DNA of 64,000 bases, from positions 102,860,001 to 102,924,000 of the forward strand of contig NC_045696.1 in NCBI RefSeq assembly GCF_009834535.1. Direction: 5' to 3'. Made by a program: the position numbers and the translations under genes. The DNA comes from Camelus ferus. Its lineage: Eukaryota. A model generated the notes under the pieces. It was not told the origin of the DNA. It made no database searches and saw nothing but the letters and a program-made list of their open reading frames with translations. Below are positions 31,779-44,051 of this stretch, one piece after another (position 1 is the stretch's first letter; each line of letters opens with the position of its first letter).

Positions 31779-31784
31779 TTTATT
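31779..31784 (-). terminator. PLS1: Candidate PLS1 polyadenylation signal AATAAA
   Basis: tttatt on the + strand about 1.8 kb past the stop, followed on the minus strand by U-rich sequence. Confidence 0.4.
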
Positions 31785-32423
31785 TAAAAAAATTCTATTC
31801 TAAACACATGAGTAGTCTCACTTCATCAAAACACGTTTTAATCAATGGTAGATGGGTGATTTCGACTACTCATTCACAGTGAGACGGTGACAGCATTTTT
31901 TGTTGCACAGCAGTGTTGCTCACTGACACTAACAGTGGAAGATGAAGGAAATAGCCTTCTGAATTCAATTGTTAGCAGAATCAGCCTACTGGTAAAAATT
32001 CAGACAAAAATAGGTCTGAAGCTTAGCTACTCCCAAGTAACACAAGCATTGCCAATCTGAAGAAGGCTGTGGAAAAAACATGTGACAATTCTCTCTGTTG
32101 AATATTAGCTTTGTGTTACTTCCTGCTGAAGATTTCAGTGAGCATATTCTAAATTATTTAGGGCTAGGGTATCAAAAATCAGCATGTGTAATATGAAGCT
32201 AACAGTACAATGAAGCTAACAGTATGGTGTCAGCATGTCTTGAGAGCTGTTGCCAATGTTTGGCTATAAATATCTGGAAGAAGTCAGTTGAAAAGTACCT
32301 ATCTGCAGATCCAAAATGATTATTTCTAAAAGAACTCTTCATGTACAGATAGCTACAATCTGAAGTGTTACAGACATAGTGGGGGCATAATAACTACTTA
32401 ATGGTTGGCTAACTGACCAATGA

Positions 32424-32782
32424 CAGTCATCCCTCAGGGTCCAGGGGATTGGTTCCAGGGCTCCCCAAGGATTCCAAAATCTGCAGATACGCAAATCCTT
32501 TATATAAAATGTCTTGTTTTTGCATATTACCTACACACCTCCTCCCGTGCACTTTAAATCATCTCCAGATTACTTATACTTAATACAATGGAAATGTGAC
32601 ATAAATAGTTGTAAATATAATGTAAATGCTACGTAAATAGTTGCTGGCGCTTGGCAAATTGAAGTTTTGCTTCTGGGAACTTTCTGGAATTATTTTTTTC
32701 AAATATCTTTGATCTGCGGTTAGTTGAATCTACAGATGTGGAATCATCAGATATACATCCATCGGATATGGAGGGCTGACTG
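32424..32782. mobile_element. MER2-like TcMar-Tigger element within the probable PLS1 3' UTR
   Basis: TIRs CAGTCATCCCTC / GAGGGCTGACTG followed by TA; internal ggattggttccagg...ccaaaatc. Confidence 0.85.
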
Positions 32783-33568
32783 TATACATACCATTTAAGA
32801 AAACCTGGGTAATTCAGGTGCAAAAAAATATATATATACGTACACACACATATTTCTCTAATAGCATCTTACCAACATATATATGCTGCATGTCTTAGTT
32901 AAAGCTGTATTACCAAACTAGTATATGTAAAGTATCAATGCAGTTAAAATTAAGTTTTAAGTAAAAAGCTCCTGCTACTTATAGAAGAGAATGAACTTTG
33001 GAGTTTATTCAAGTTAGTCCTCATATATAAAAAAGTATAATGTTAATGAACAATACTTGTCACTTAGAAATTTTAGACAATACAGAAATTTACAGAAAAG
33101 TTAAAGTTTTAGACAACTTCACATAGTTGGAGGAAAAAAATAAAAGGATCAAACTGGATTATGACTTTGAATATATTTATGATCAAAATCAACACACACC
33201 AAATCAGAACACATTTCACAGCAGGACCTGCAAAAAAATTTTTTGTATTCATCATTTCTAAACCATGAAAAAGATGAATTAGTCTTGCTTTAATGAGACT
33301 TTCAGGAAATGAGAATAATTTAATCATGAAATATCAGCTTGATAATGAACATACTCTGTTATCAGTATTCACTGGTAAATTAACTGTGTTATCCAAAAAG
33401 GCCAACAAATCCTAACTAGTATGAACAGGATACTGGATTCATTAATGATTTATACTATTTTGAGCATACAAATAATCTCTGGTTTTATACCCACTATCTT
33501 TCAGAATTTTGTAAACTGTGAGGCATTCAATGTTTTTAATGTGGCAGAAAATCATATTAAATGTTTCA

Positions 33569-33704
33569 TTATTTTATTTTGTTCAGTCCTCTTCCCATTA
33601 AGCATGCAAACACGGTCATAACCATCTTTGGTTTCACTTCCACGAGGTCATCAGGTAAGGCATATATCCGGGCGCCAATCTTTCGAGCAACTGAAATGGC
33701 GTAT
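33569..33704 (-). CDS. PLS1: PLS1 last coding exon (exon 16; (K)[44 protein letters not shown])
   Basis: Manual translation gives the plastin CH4 C-terminus. Acceptor ttcaag|A, stop TAA at 33571-33569 followed by TGA. Confidence 0.96.
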
Positions 33705-33945
33705 CTTGAAAAGACAAGAAAAATATCTTGGTATTTTCTCTGTTTTCATTTAATGTATGTTAACAAAAGAAAAATACTTTGATAAGATTAACTTTACAAG
33801 GAAGTTTCTTTATAAGAGAGTTTAAATTATATTTTCCATATAAGTTGTAGTTAAAAATGTGAATTTTAAGGACACAGTAACCTTACCTGTAAGGATTAAG
33901 AAATGAAAGAGCCACTAAGTTCTAATATAAACCGGAAAGGCTTAC

Positions 33946-34070
33946 TTAGCATTGTTTAGCTTGTCCTCATCAGAGAGGTCTTCTCTCTTGATCATTTCTT
34001 GACGAACTGCATTTGGTGCAATGGCATCTATTAAGTCTAAGACAGGTAAACTAGTGCTAATAGATTTGTC
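33946..34070 (-). CDS. PLS1: PLS1 exon 15 (125 nt; [41 protein letters not shown](K))
   Basis: Manual translation. Acceptor tctag|GAC, donor AA|gtaagc. Confidence 0.96.
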
Positions 34071-34311
34071 CTAGAAAATACAGAATAGATGAACATTCAT
34101 AAACATCTTTAATATATGTCAGACCAGAAGGTCATAACCATATAACTAAAAGAAATTTATAAATTTTCTTAATACTTAAAATTCAGCTGTTCTACAACCA
34201 ATGTACATCACAAACCATATAAAATAGGATTTTCCTTTAATCTTTACAGACCTCACAGTATAGAGAATTGTCACGATACCTGGAATAAGGTTTGCAGATA
34301 TGACAATTCTT

Positions 34312-34475
34312 TTTTTTTAATCACTTTATTTACTTTTAAATTTTATTTTAATTTGGGGGGGATGTAATTATATTATTTATTTATATTTATTTATTTTAAT
34401 GGAGGTACTGGGGATTGAACCCAGGCCCTTGTACATGTTAAGCATGTGCTCTACCACTGAGCTATACCCTCCCCC
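34312..34475 (-). mobile_element. tRNA-derived SINE (Vic-1/VicSINE-like)
   Basis: Minus strand reads GGGGGAGGGTATAGCTCAGTGGTAGAGC...GGGTTCAATCCCCAG then an A-rich tail. TSD tgacaattctt at 34301-34311 and 34476-34486. Confidence 0.9.
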
Positions 34476-35017
34476 TGACAATTCTTAAAGTATGCTAACT
34501 ACAGTATCCATTCTGTAAAAAATAAATAACTTTTGAAAGGGAATAGGAGATGAATTTTAATTAAATAGTTTTGTAAGTTCTAATAATATTCTTTTTCTGA
34601 AACCACAGATGCCTAAGTCTTCATTTTTCAGAAAGAAAAATTAAAATAATAGTGGAAAGGAACTCATATTTACAGAGGTATTATTCTTGTTGCTTTACAT
34701 GTTCAGTTTATTTAATCATCCTAACAGCCTGGTAATAAATTATAATCTCTCTTTTAAAGATGAAGTACATGTAGGTCATAAAGCTCAAAGACTTGGTCAC
34801 AGAACCAGTATGTACGAGCCAGTATTTGAACCCATGACGTCTGACTTTAACGTCCAAGATTCTCTACACTTTTGAAGTTACCTCCAAGGCAACTAAAGAT
34901 GGACAATGCAATTCTAATGGATAGAGCACTACTACTGAAGTCAGAAACCCTGGTCTGACTTGATTTTACCACTTACCAGTACTTGAACCAATTATTTGTT
35001 CTGTCTCTCAGCCTGAG

Positions 35018-35760
35018 TAGTGGCGACTGTTGCCAGCCTACCCAGAACACACTCACTCCTTACTACTTCCTCCATCCTAACAGAATCCACAGTTTTGCTC
35101 TGTATCCACGCCTCCCTCACATGTATATGTGCTTCAAGGAAAGCTAACCCCATCCACAGCTCCAAGGGTGGTCCTGAATTAGTCTAGGCCATTTTTTCTG
35201 GGTGGTGAGGTGATATTCTATGTATACAGCATACAGTGAATAACAGATAAACTAATAATAAACTAATATATAACATTAAAATTTCATGAGGGAGAGGAAT
35301 TTAGGAAGTAAATGTCTAAAAGACTCCTTCGGCAAACAATAATGAAAAACGGTTGAAAAATAATAATCTGAAAAGCCAAAGCGGGTAACCACATCTGATT
35401 ACCACAGTGAATTTTTGGGGGGCCTAACTTAATTTAATGTGAGGCCCTTACTATTCAGGAACAGCTGTGGAAAGCTAGCAACACCCCCTCCTGAATGTGA
35501 ATGAGAGGATGAAACCTCTGTCACAACCAGCAGCTATAGAATGACCAAGAGGAAAGCCAGCTTTAGGGTGAAGTTGTCACCTTAGATGGCAAAGCAGAGA
35601 TGGACAAAAACTGGAGTCCTGAATGACATTCTTCACTTACTGGCTTAACCAGTCCTTACGTCTGCCCTACCTCTGGATCTGTGCTGCTGTTCTCTACCTT
35701 TCCTTTTAGTTTAAATCACTTGAAGTTGAGTTTCTGTTACTTGAAGCCAAAGGCTCTCTT
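35018..35760 (+). mobile_element. ERVL LTR16/LTR33-like solo LTR, apparently interrupted by a small DNA-transposon fragment (about 35190-35370)
   Basis: gaagctaaccccatccacagctcca and terminal tttctgttacttgaagccaaa motifs typical of these LTRs. Confidence 0.5.
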
Positions 35761-36094
35761 TCCTAATCACTACAAGGGAAATGTCACAGGATTCTTGGGA
35801 CTATTAAGATAAGTGAAAGCATCTAGTACAGTCCCTGGCCAAATGTGGTTCTTAATAAATGTTTGATAAAATAATTTGAAGCCATCTGGGCCAGGATCTA
35901 GGAACTACTATACTGATTAATTTTAGAAAAAGCTGTACTCTTCATTTTCAAGAGTGCTAATTTTATGGAACAGATTTTTTTGTAGGGGAGGTAGAAATAG
36001 AGGGTTAAACATAATAGGGTCCTTAAGTCTATATGATGCTGGTAATCCAGATCCGGTTTTTTGGCATCTTTTCTATTTCTGAAAAATTCTCACC

Positions 36095-36265
36095 CATGTT
36101 TTCTCCATGTGTAGTCTGCAGACCACTCATGTGAAAATCACCTGAGGTCCCTGTTAAAAGCACAAATTAATCCCTAAATTCAAAGTAATGAGTCAGATTA
36201 TCTGTGGGTGGGGCTAAAAATCTACATTTTATAAGCTTTCTAGAAGCCTCTAATGTACACTGTTA
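36095..36265. mobile_element. MER5-like hAT element
   Basis: aatcacctgaggtccctgttaaaa...gggtggggctaaaaatctacatttt motifs. Confidence 0.55.
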
Positions 36266-38032
36266 TACTTTCTATAATTAAAACAACATGCATGTCATTC
36301 TATAATAAATTTAAATTCTTTGGGCTTACTTTTCATATAATACTTCTATGGTGATTCAAAAACAGAAATGGCTTAATTGTGCTATATTTTGATTACGTCT
36401 TTACATATTTGTGAGGGTTTTTTTAAGTTCGGGGGAAACTGTTTGGGGTTTTTTTTTTTTCAGCTTTACTGAGTTAAAATTGACAAATAAAATTGTAAGA
36501 TACTTAAAGTGTCCATCTTGATGATTTGCTGTACCTATAAAAGTCAGAAGATTCCTCCCATCTAGTAAATAACACATCCATCACTCTCACTTATGTGTAT
36601 ATATATATTCCACATGCTTGTTACTGTCCTCGTGTTCTCCATTCAAATCCCTTCTTCATCTCTGTGCTCAAATCAAATCCAATTTCCCCATCCACTCTTC
36701 GATCATTCAGTTGGAAATGATCAATTAGATTTATAATTATTAAATAATTTCTTATTCTGTATCTTTTCCTTTACCTAGAAATGTTAACTTAATAGTTAGA
36801 CCTCAATAAATATTTATTATTTGCTTCTAAATATCTTCTCATTGTATTTACATTAATGATATATATGCTTATTGTTTTTTGCAAATTAATGTACAAATGC
36901 ATATAATTTCAGTATAATGATTTTAAAGAGTAACTGCCAACTGGAAAATTTTATACATCCCTTTCCTGTTTTACATTTTAAGTTGTGTTTTATATCTAAA
37001 ATATATAAAGACAAATCATGGATTAAAAATTCTTTTTTTTTTTAAGCAAGCAACAACAAAATCTCAATGTCATTAGTTCCTTCCAACATGGAAAAGAAAA
37101 AAACATTTGAACTAGAACTCAGGCAACAGCTCTGCCAACGTCCAGCTGTCCACTTTGGGGCTCAGTTTCTGGTAAAGAAGAAAAGACTAAATTGATCAGT
37201 TTCTGACATTTCTTCTGCTCTACAGTGTTGTCAAACAAATAGAGCAAAGGCAAAGAAGAAAATAAAGATGGGTAGATAACTCTTAGGAGAGCTTAGGGTT
37301 TCATCTGTTTGCACTCTTATTCTGCTAAAAAGAATACAAGTTGCTGGCTAATTTTTCACACATAATAAAATCACAAACACAAGGCTCACTGAATGAATGA
37401 GCACAAGCAGGCATGCTTATGTGTAGCTAGTATCAGCTTGCATGCAAAAGCAAAACACAATGGAAATGCATGACAATTAGTGGGTATGTATGTGCAGACT
37501 ACATTTTGAGTGCTTTATGAATCATCCACAAATGCTCAGAAGTGAGTGTTAAGTGCAATTATGAAGCCAGATGACAAGAGTTTTTTTTTCCTACCAGTTT
37601 TCTCAATTGCCACTTGAATCGGTTTGGCTGGCTCTGTTATGCCTTGGAAATGATGTCAATACAATCTGAGACTGCTGCTAGGGAGCACAAAACATTATGG
37701 GTCCTATATAAACAATGGCTTTTTATCTTTCTTTTTCATCTGACAATTGGATTTTTGACTCTATTTCTTTTTTTAAGATTGGATTACTGGAGCCCAATAA
37801 TATTACCCTTCATTTATACTCAATAGGATAACCAATCAAAAAAATAAAAAATTCAAACTAAATATTTCTGGTTTACACATGCCAAATAATTAGTATGTCT
37901 AAGCTCATCAGTTGTGGGTTTCTTAGATACAACATTGATATAATTCTAAACTTAAACCAATGTAATTCCCAATAAAAATTCCTTCCCAAACTTAATTTCT
38001 TGCCAAAAAATTTTTAAATAGCTTTTGATTAC

Positions 38033-38156
38033 CTTGAAGCTGGAAATAAAAGTATTTTTCTGTGCACTTTTAAGAGTCTGATTGACCCATTCAATAATAA
38101 TTGCATCATTTACTTTTTCACCCTCTCCAAGATCTGATAACACATTCAACGTGTAC
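38033..38156 (-). CDS. PLS1: PLS1 exon 14 (124 nt; (R)[41 protein letters not shown])
   Basis: Within ORF 37952..38176. Acceptor ttacag|G, donor AAG|gtaatc. Confidence 0.96.
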
Positions 38157-38626
38157 CTGTAACAGAAAAGATGCATACTGAAGACTGAAAGGGTTGAAAT
38201 TTGCTCTTACATCATTTATATCAATATTTAGATAAATATTTAAGAAATATTTCAGTTCCAATAAATATTTCTCATTTTAGCCAGGCATTTGCACTTGGCT
38301 ACATTCCAAAGTTACAAAGCTCATAATCAGAAACAAAAACTGCTATGGGGTATTAAAAAAAAAATTAAAACAACTCTCTACAGAGCAGTTTCTCAGAGAC
38401 ACTAATAAAACTATGTTTCTGGAGATTTACCTACTTTTAAAATAAAGTATAATTTACAAAAAATATATTATCAAAAAACCAAATCATTTAAAAATTAATA
38501 TATTTTGCATTGTATCTTTCTTCTGTGTTTACCATTCAAAAATAGCTAAAATTTTAGTGCAAATGACTTGTTGAAGGACACATTGAAGGACACAGACAGT
38601 GATGCCACAAACAGATCGGCCTTTAC

Positions 38627-38760
38627 CTTCTCATCAGCTGCCATACCAACGCCAGAGTAAGTGTTGAGTTCCCTTCATTTAAGTCCTGCCCAGCAATGCC
38701 AACCAAGGAGAATTTGGCCTCATTCTTCCCAAGTTCCACTGCATAGTTACAGTTTTCAAT
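38627..38760 (-). CDS. PLS1: PLS1 exon 13 (134 nt; [44 protein letters not shown](R))
   Basis: Manual translation gives the CH3 motif. Acceptor ttatag|ATT, donor AG|gtaaag. Confidence 0.96.
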
Positions 38761-39856
38761 CTATAAATAGTAAGTAGAAGCTTTAGTATAAAAACTATTT
38801 TTAAAGCATGTGTCCTGCATATGCCAGCCTAGTTCAGTCATCTGAAAAATAATTATGACGACACCGTAAATTTATGACAATTTCAGAATTTCATTTTGTA
38901 ATAACCAGTGAAATTAAGGAGATAACTATTCCCATTTTATAGTTGAACATATCAAAGCACTGAGGGGTTAACCTACATAGAGAAACAACTGGCCAGAAAG
39001 TTTAAAGATGCTCTGTTAAAGTCTTGACTGTCCAAGATTACACAGCTTATGAGTGTCAAATCTGTGACTGAAAACCTAGGTTTTCTGCATTCCATCAATA
39101 GAGGTAATAAATATTGTTTTGTCTAAATTTAAAGTTAAAGAATAGAGAAGAAATTGTCTCATTAAGAATCTAACTTCATCTCCAGTATTCTGTATTTGGA
39201 TCTCACTCACCCTCTGAAATTCAGCTTTTAGCCAGTTTTCTTCAACAAAGGCTTAACCTTAATGTGCCAGCTGTATCCCTTGTTAGAACTCAGTCATGGT
39301 GACTTCATAATGCTTATGGGCAGTCCTCTTCTTATACTTAGCATTTTACGTACTTTCTTTTGCCAAACATAGCATTAAGCTCCTTTAAAGGGCAAAAACT
39401 ATAAAGTGTACAAATCTACATCATACTTTCCCCACCCCTAGCCCAGGACCCAGCACAGTGCCCTGCCTCCAGTAAGAATCTGATAAATGAACACCAAGTA
39501 AATTATTTATCTAGCTAACTACTTTTTTCTAGTGATTTAAGTACAATTAAAAAAATTTTTTATCTATCCTGGTCTCTGTAGAGGTTTACTATCTCCAGTC
39601 ATCTAGTACTATAATTTTTTATCTCACAATACATACTTATATATATTTTTTACCTTTCCCCCAGTGAAATTGGAAGATCTCATAATCTTATTTCATTACT
39701 AGTAAAAATGCTTATTAAATATTATTTAGAATAAAGTAAACATTTAGTTAAGAAAAATTATAAATTCGTGTCTCCTGATTTTTCTTCCCAAGTTAGTTAA
39801 AGCTTCATTACAAAACAATTAAACTTGAAATACAAAGATACACTTTTTTGTAAGAA

Positions 39857-39902
39857 TAAGAAAATATTCCTAGGAAAGGTAAGAAAATATTCCTAGGAAA
39901 GG
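39857..39902. repeat. Perfect 23-bp tandem duplication (taagaaaatattcctaggaaagg)x2
   Basis: Read directly. Confidence 0.9.
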
Positions 39903-41499
39903 TGAGAAAAAGACTACACAATAACAATTTATACAAATTAATGGGTACTATTCTTTAAAAAGGAGAATCCAAATTCCCAAAGGTCAGCTTGTTACAAATA
40001 AAAATGCAAGAAGATACTTTGAACCTGCTGTAATACCTGCCTGGTTCCCTTAATAAGTTAAATGAAATTTTTGATATGTATTCATTTTTTTTAAATGCAT
40101 GGAGATAATATTCCAAAATTCTTTCTCTTTCCTAGCAGTCATTTTATAGATTTAGCCTTTCAAAAGAAATATATGTTATAGAAATGCACATAATTTAAAA
40201 AGTAGATAGACCCCTCATTTATGGAAAATAGCATCAGAGCTCTGATTATGTAACAGTGTGAACAGGAGAGAGAAATCCAGCATGTTTTCCACTGGCACTC
40301 ATTTCAGTGAAGGGCCATCTGTTTTATGGTTAGTTTAACCAAAATTCCTGAGGGTGAATAATGGGGAGAAAGGAGCTGAGGGTTACTGGTCTAGAGGGCT
40401 AAGATGTGGATGTGACCAGCAGTGAAAGAGAAAGTGGAAATGGATGCTGGTCTAAGGCAAAACATGTATTCTACTTTTTAAAGGTTTTTGGCAAAACACT
40501 TCTAAGATCTGGAGAGGTACCAAACTAGAGAAGAAGAAAAAATTAGGTTCTTAGAGGTAAGCCATGTTTATGGTAGTACTTAACATTCTAAACAAGGATC
40601 CACTCCCTGAGGATGTAAATATAGAAATTTAAGAGCATCAGGCTGAGAACTGAGCCTTGGAAATTGCTGGGCTAAAAAAGTTGAAGACCCTGTGAAAGGT
40701 AAGAATGAATACAAAGCAAGAAGTTGGAGAGTGCCATCTCAAAGAATTAATAGAAGAAATTATTACCAAGCACTTCAAATGCTTTGGACAAAAGTGAAGC
40801 TTAGATCATTTGGCAAATGAGAAAAAAAATTACATAATGGAATACGGGGTTTCAAGTGAAAAGAAATACTGAAGAGATAGTGAAGAAAGACTATTCAAGT
40901 GGTGCAGCTTTTATCAACTTCACAAATGAAGCAAAGTGAGGTCTGCTGACAAATGCCTAAAGTCTGTAAAATAAGTCCTGGAATGGATACTGTGTCATGA
41001 AAGTACTGCTTCTTTATTTTTTCAATACTGTGAACTTATTTCAGACCTTGTGTTTCATTCTATAAATAGCTAGTATTTATTGAGAGGAAGCATTCTACAT
41101 GTGATTTATTTGAGATGTCTTATAATTAACATTAAAAATTCCAGGTATAATGAATGAGTGGTTCAATTCTGTTTTCCTGTTATATTTGGCTTTAAAAACT
41201 TATGTGAAATTGGTTAGCAAAATTTCCTGAATTCTACTCCCATGAGAATTATAGGCAAATCAAATAAAATTTAAAATGTAGACAGTCCAACCACTAGAAA
41301 TACTGAACACTATTAATATATATAAACCTCTTATAATTACATTATCCATTTAATTACTTTTACTACTGTGTCTTTCCTTTTTGTCTTTTAAAAAATAGGA
41401 TTTTTAAAAAATTACAAAGTCTATAAATACTCATTCACTCTAGAGATCTGGAGGAAGAAGCCCTTTTTGAATGCATGTCTGTATGTATGTACTTTACAC

Positions 41500-42800
41500 A
41501 AATTAGATTCATATGTATATACGTAATTTTGTATCCTACTCATTTCCATGTCATTATTACTAAAACACTGTTTTTAATGGTATACTTTACTTCATTTTAT
41601 GGGTGTATCCTAATTTATTAACTCTTTATTGAACAGTTGTTTTCTTTTTTTTTTTTCTCTATAAACATTGCTATGATAAGCACTTTGGCAAACAGCTTCT
41701 TGTCTTTCTGATTATTTCATCAGGATATAAGTGAAATTATTAAGTCAAAGGACTTTTTGAAGATTATGGATATGTATTACCAAAATGATTCAAGAAAGGT
41801 TGTACAGATGAACACTTCCTTGGACACTAGATGCAGTACAATCCAATTGCTTCAAATTGCTTATTTTAAATTGGATTTCTTTATTGTGGGTGAAAAGTTT
41901 TTCGTGTGTGTATTATCCATCATTATTTCTTTCTCTGTGAGTTGTTCACTCATGTTATCCACTTGCCCACTTTGTTATTACAATTTTAGTAATGACAATT
42001 GAGTTGCAGTAATTGATTCCTATGAACTATTTATATGTTAAGATGTTAACCATCTGCTGTATTTGTTGCAAATATGTGTCCAAGTTTACTGGCTTTGTTT
42101 GCTTTTTAATTTTATGGTGTTTATTTTTAAATACAGAAATTTTAAATTTATATGTAATGTACTGTATCAATTTTTTCCACTGTAACTTCTTTATCATTCT
42201 AAGAGTAGATAATCATTCACTTCTATTTTCTTAATGTTTTATTTATTTCATTTAACCCTTTAAGTCTTTACTTTTATTCCACTGGAATTTACTTTGGTCG
42301 ATGCTATGTGGTGAAGATTACTTTTTTCCCTAACAAGATAGTTAACCAGTTGTTCTGGCATCATTTTTTGGATGATACTTCCTTTCTCTATTGAATTTAG
42401 TAAGCACCTTGCCATTTATTAAGTTCTTATATTTTAGTATAGGTTCTGGGCTACTCCATTCCATTCCATTCTTACATATGTATTAAACTATTTCAATTAT
42501 TTTAGCTTTATAATAAGCTTTTATATATTTTCTAACAACTCCTCCCTCAATATTCTCAGAAAATGTTCTTGATGATTTAGGCCTATTTCTTTCCTTTTCC
42601 AATGAACTTTAGAATCACTTTATAAATCCCATCCCCAACACATACATATACATGCCCACATATACACAAAAGGAGACATTATATTGCTAACTGAAAGTAT
42701 TTTCCACCTATAAGCTAAGTTGCAAAAATTTAATGTCTTTATAATATTTAGTCTTTCTATCCAGGAATATGGTTGTATTTCCATGTATTCCATTAGAGAT
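41500..42800 (-). mobile_element. Highly decayed L1ME-type fragment
   Basis: T-rich antisense L1 ORF2-like motifs (tatttgttgcaaatatgt, ccagttgttctggcatcattt, atgaactttagaatca). Boundaries approximate. Confidence 0.55.
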
Positions 42801-43936
42801 AGTTTTTAAGTCAAGAGACTGCAGGTTAATTTCGTAACAGTCATACTGATATTACAGCAATTTGTGTCCATTAATTTGTATTATATATTTAAATTATTCA
42901 CATCATTTTAAATGAAAGGATGAAGTTAAATGAAAGGATAAAAATTTAAAAGTCATACATACTTTTACTTTAGAAAGCAAATGAACCTTATACAGAAGGT
43001 AGAAAGGAAACTGAATATTAAAGCGCCAATTCAACAGAACAAGCACAAACACCACCACCACCACAGATCCACTACTGGAGGAAAAACACTGGAGACAACA
43101 CTTTCTTTACCATTCATCTGCCAGATATTCTCCCACCAACTGTGATCAAGTCACTGCCCTGCTCAAAAATGTTCAATGGCTTCCCATCGCTTACAGTTTA
43201 AAACCCAAACTCCTTAATCTGACATTCAGGCTCTCAACAGCTGGCTCCAACCAAGATGTTAAGCATTCATACTCACTTCTTACTATCAGAATCCCCTGCT
43301 ATAGCCCAACTACTCTTCCTGATCCTCAGCCCCTTCTCCAGTCTCCTACTGACAAAATTCGACCCATTTCTCAGAGTATAACTCAAAAATCCACTTCCTG
43401 CATCAAGTCTCTTTTGGTAAGTGCAGCCTATGGCTTTTTCTTCCTTTGAACTCAGGATATTCACTTTTGCATACAGAGTGTATTATAGTTATTTGCACAC
43501 GTATCTTATCATTTCTGGGTTTCGTAAGGACCAACTCCATGCCTGTACTATTTTATATTTTGCATTGCACTCTACGGGTCATAGGTAATCAATAAATATC
43601 TGTTGAAAAATATTAATGAATAACCAGTAAAGATCTGGCAAGTTCTGGCGATTATAAAATAGGAATTCATTTAAGATGCATCTCAAAGAACATTAAGTAC
43701 TACAACTCGCTAAACATAAAAACATTTATATAAAGTGTCTGACTGGGAGGACTGCCTTTATCTTTCCAAACATTTATTTAAGCTCACTGGTAAAAAGGCT
43801 TTATTAAGCTTAACACATTTTGGTTTGAATCATAATTGTGGGGACAGACCACGCTTTAATAAGCTTTACGAAACTCTAAATTCTCTGTTTTATATCAAAA
43901 CAATAACAACATATCCATGGCCATTAGTTCATTCAC

Positions 43937-44051
43937 CTTCTTCATGTTCCCTCCAAGAGCAGGATAAGGAGGTCTGTTGACATGGCTCCAGTTGACTGGC
44001 ACGCGGATCATTTCGTAGAGCTGAAAGATGACTAGAGCATCTGCAAGGTCA
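43937..44051 (-). CDS. PLS1: PLS1 exon 12 (115 nt; (S)[38 protein letters not shown])
   Basis: Manual translation. Acceptor tctag|T, donor AAG|gtgaat. Confidence 0.96.

Larger units (their letters stand above)
31760..33568 (-). other. PLS1: Probable PLS1 3' UTR (end uncertain)
   Basis: Follows the stop codon. Minus-strand AATAAA hexamers at 33009-33004, 31784-31779 and 31545-31540; the site actually used cannot be determined from sequence alone. Confidence 0.5.

Noticed and set aside
39857..39910. Short direct repeats (also at 4912-4967, 24882-24919, 32193-32224, 38570-38593) as a possible array or CRISPR-like structure
   Set aside because: Only two copies each, no spacers, unrelated to each other; ordinary slippage duplications in a mammalian genome.
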